A stretch of DNA of 63,413 nt, the filler included, from Octopus bimaculoides (Eukaryota): NCBI RefSeq assembly GCF_001194135.2. It is 6 parts of 6 records of this genome, joined end to end, with 100 filler letters (N's around TTAATTAATTAA, not from the genome) between each part and the next. Parts side by side here need not be neighbours in the genome. Positions count along the whole stretch, not along the records: positions 60,447 to 63,413 come from NC_069007.1; 5 more parts are not named here. The stretch is one strand, 5' to 3'. Under the pieces are notes generated by a model. That model was not told the DNA's origin. It was given only the letters and a program-made list of their open reading frames with translations, and did no database searches. The first letter of the stretch is position 1. Each line of letters starts with the position of its first letter. This document shows positions 62,546 to 63,413 of the stretch, one piece after another. A program made the translations under genes and the position numbers.

Positions 62546-63413
62546 AAGAATGTCGATTTCCTACAGTGAGAAAGTGCAGAGTTAAAATGAGAATTGTTTC
62601 CAGTACTTGATTAGTAAATTATTTCTCGAGCACTAGATGATGGAAACGCAAGTTTGACCTTAGCAGGATTTGAACCAAGAGCGAGTACTGTTCTGCCAAA
62701 TAACCACTTTTCGTTTATATGCCATTTTAATGTTCAACGCAGAAGTATTGGGGTAAGTTGAAACATTAGAAAGACTTAATCTGGAATAAATATAAATATA
62801 AACACATTCTGTTAATGCTTTTGATGTATGGAAAACCAGTGGGAGGGTATCTTCTGACACAGTGGTTCACACTGACTAATAAATGACGAGTGGTTAATAT
62901 CAGAAATATGCAAATTAAGCTATCCACTAATGTGCTAGACTAATTTACAACTACTTTATATAGTGGGTATGTTCATGATCGCATTTATTACTTTGACATT
63001 CACAGAAATGGAACGAGAAAATTATGAAGTTTCGGAGATTTGGTCATCTTCGGAATATTAGAATAGAGTGGTAAAGGAAGAGAAAACAAAAAAAGGAAAA
63101 ATCCCCAAATAAATAAAACTGTCTCTGCCTATCTGTCTGTCTCTGTCTGTCTCTTTCTCTCATTCTCTTTGTCCTTGTCGTATACATTCGTTAGCTATTT
63201 CCAGAAATTTTTGCTCTGGCGCTGCCAAGACGGAGTGGTAGCAATGTTAAAAGCGCGAAACTACTAGGACGTCTTAGATATTGACTAATGAGGAATCAGC
63301 TGCGAATTTTCCGTGTATTCCGGTTTTGTCTAAATTTCTGTTTAAGTTTTTGTCAAATTTTTCCACTTGTCATGTTTTATTCAAAACCGGTATATATATA
63401 TATATATATATAT

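Overview
This is AT-rich, gap-ridden animal genomic DNA packed with microsatellites. The SINE families and repeat landscape suggest a coleoid cephalopod, probably Octopus (inference). The only host gene I can support is a minus-strand SLC16/monocarboxylate-transporter-family gene. It is seen as two canonical phase-1 exons (41225-41109, 117 nt; 19130-18987, 144 nt) that splice in frame across a ~22-kb intron; its other exons are not visible. The rest is transposon debris: two Penelope-like (GIY-YIG) elements, R4/Dong-, RTE- and CR1-type LINE fragments, an AcademX (XPG-like) remnant with one TIR, mariner/Tc1/pogo/hAT relics, a non-autonomous Helitron with both ends, the 3' end of a related helicase-coding Helitron, and >30 tRNA-derived SINE copies. 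The most interesting signals are five Penelope-type minimal hammerhead ribozyme folds (one with an intact core, one with a CCGAUGA core variant), a sharp polarity switch of one SINE family around 39-48 kb, a recurrent SINE dimer junction, a three-level nested insertion, and long fold-back hairpins. Most long ORFs in the supplied track are artefacts of N-gaps and microsatellites. All alignments and folds were done by eye, and repeat-family names come from memory and need confirmation with Dfam/Repbase/Rfam.
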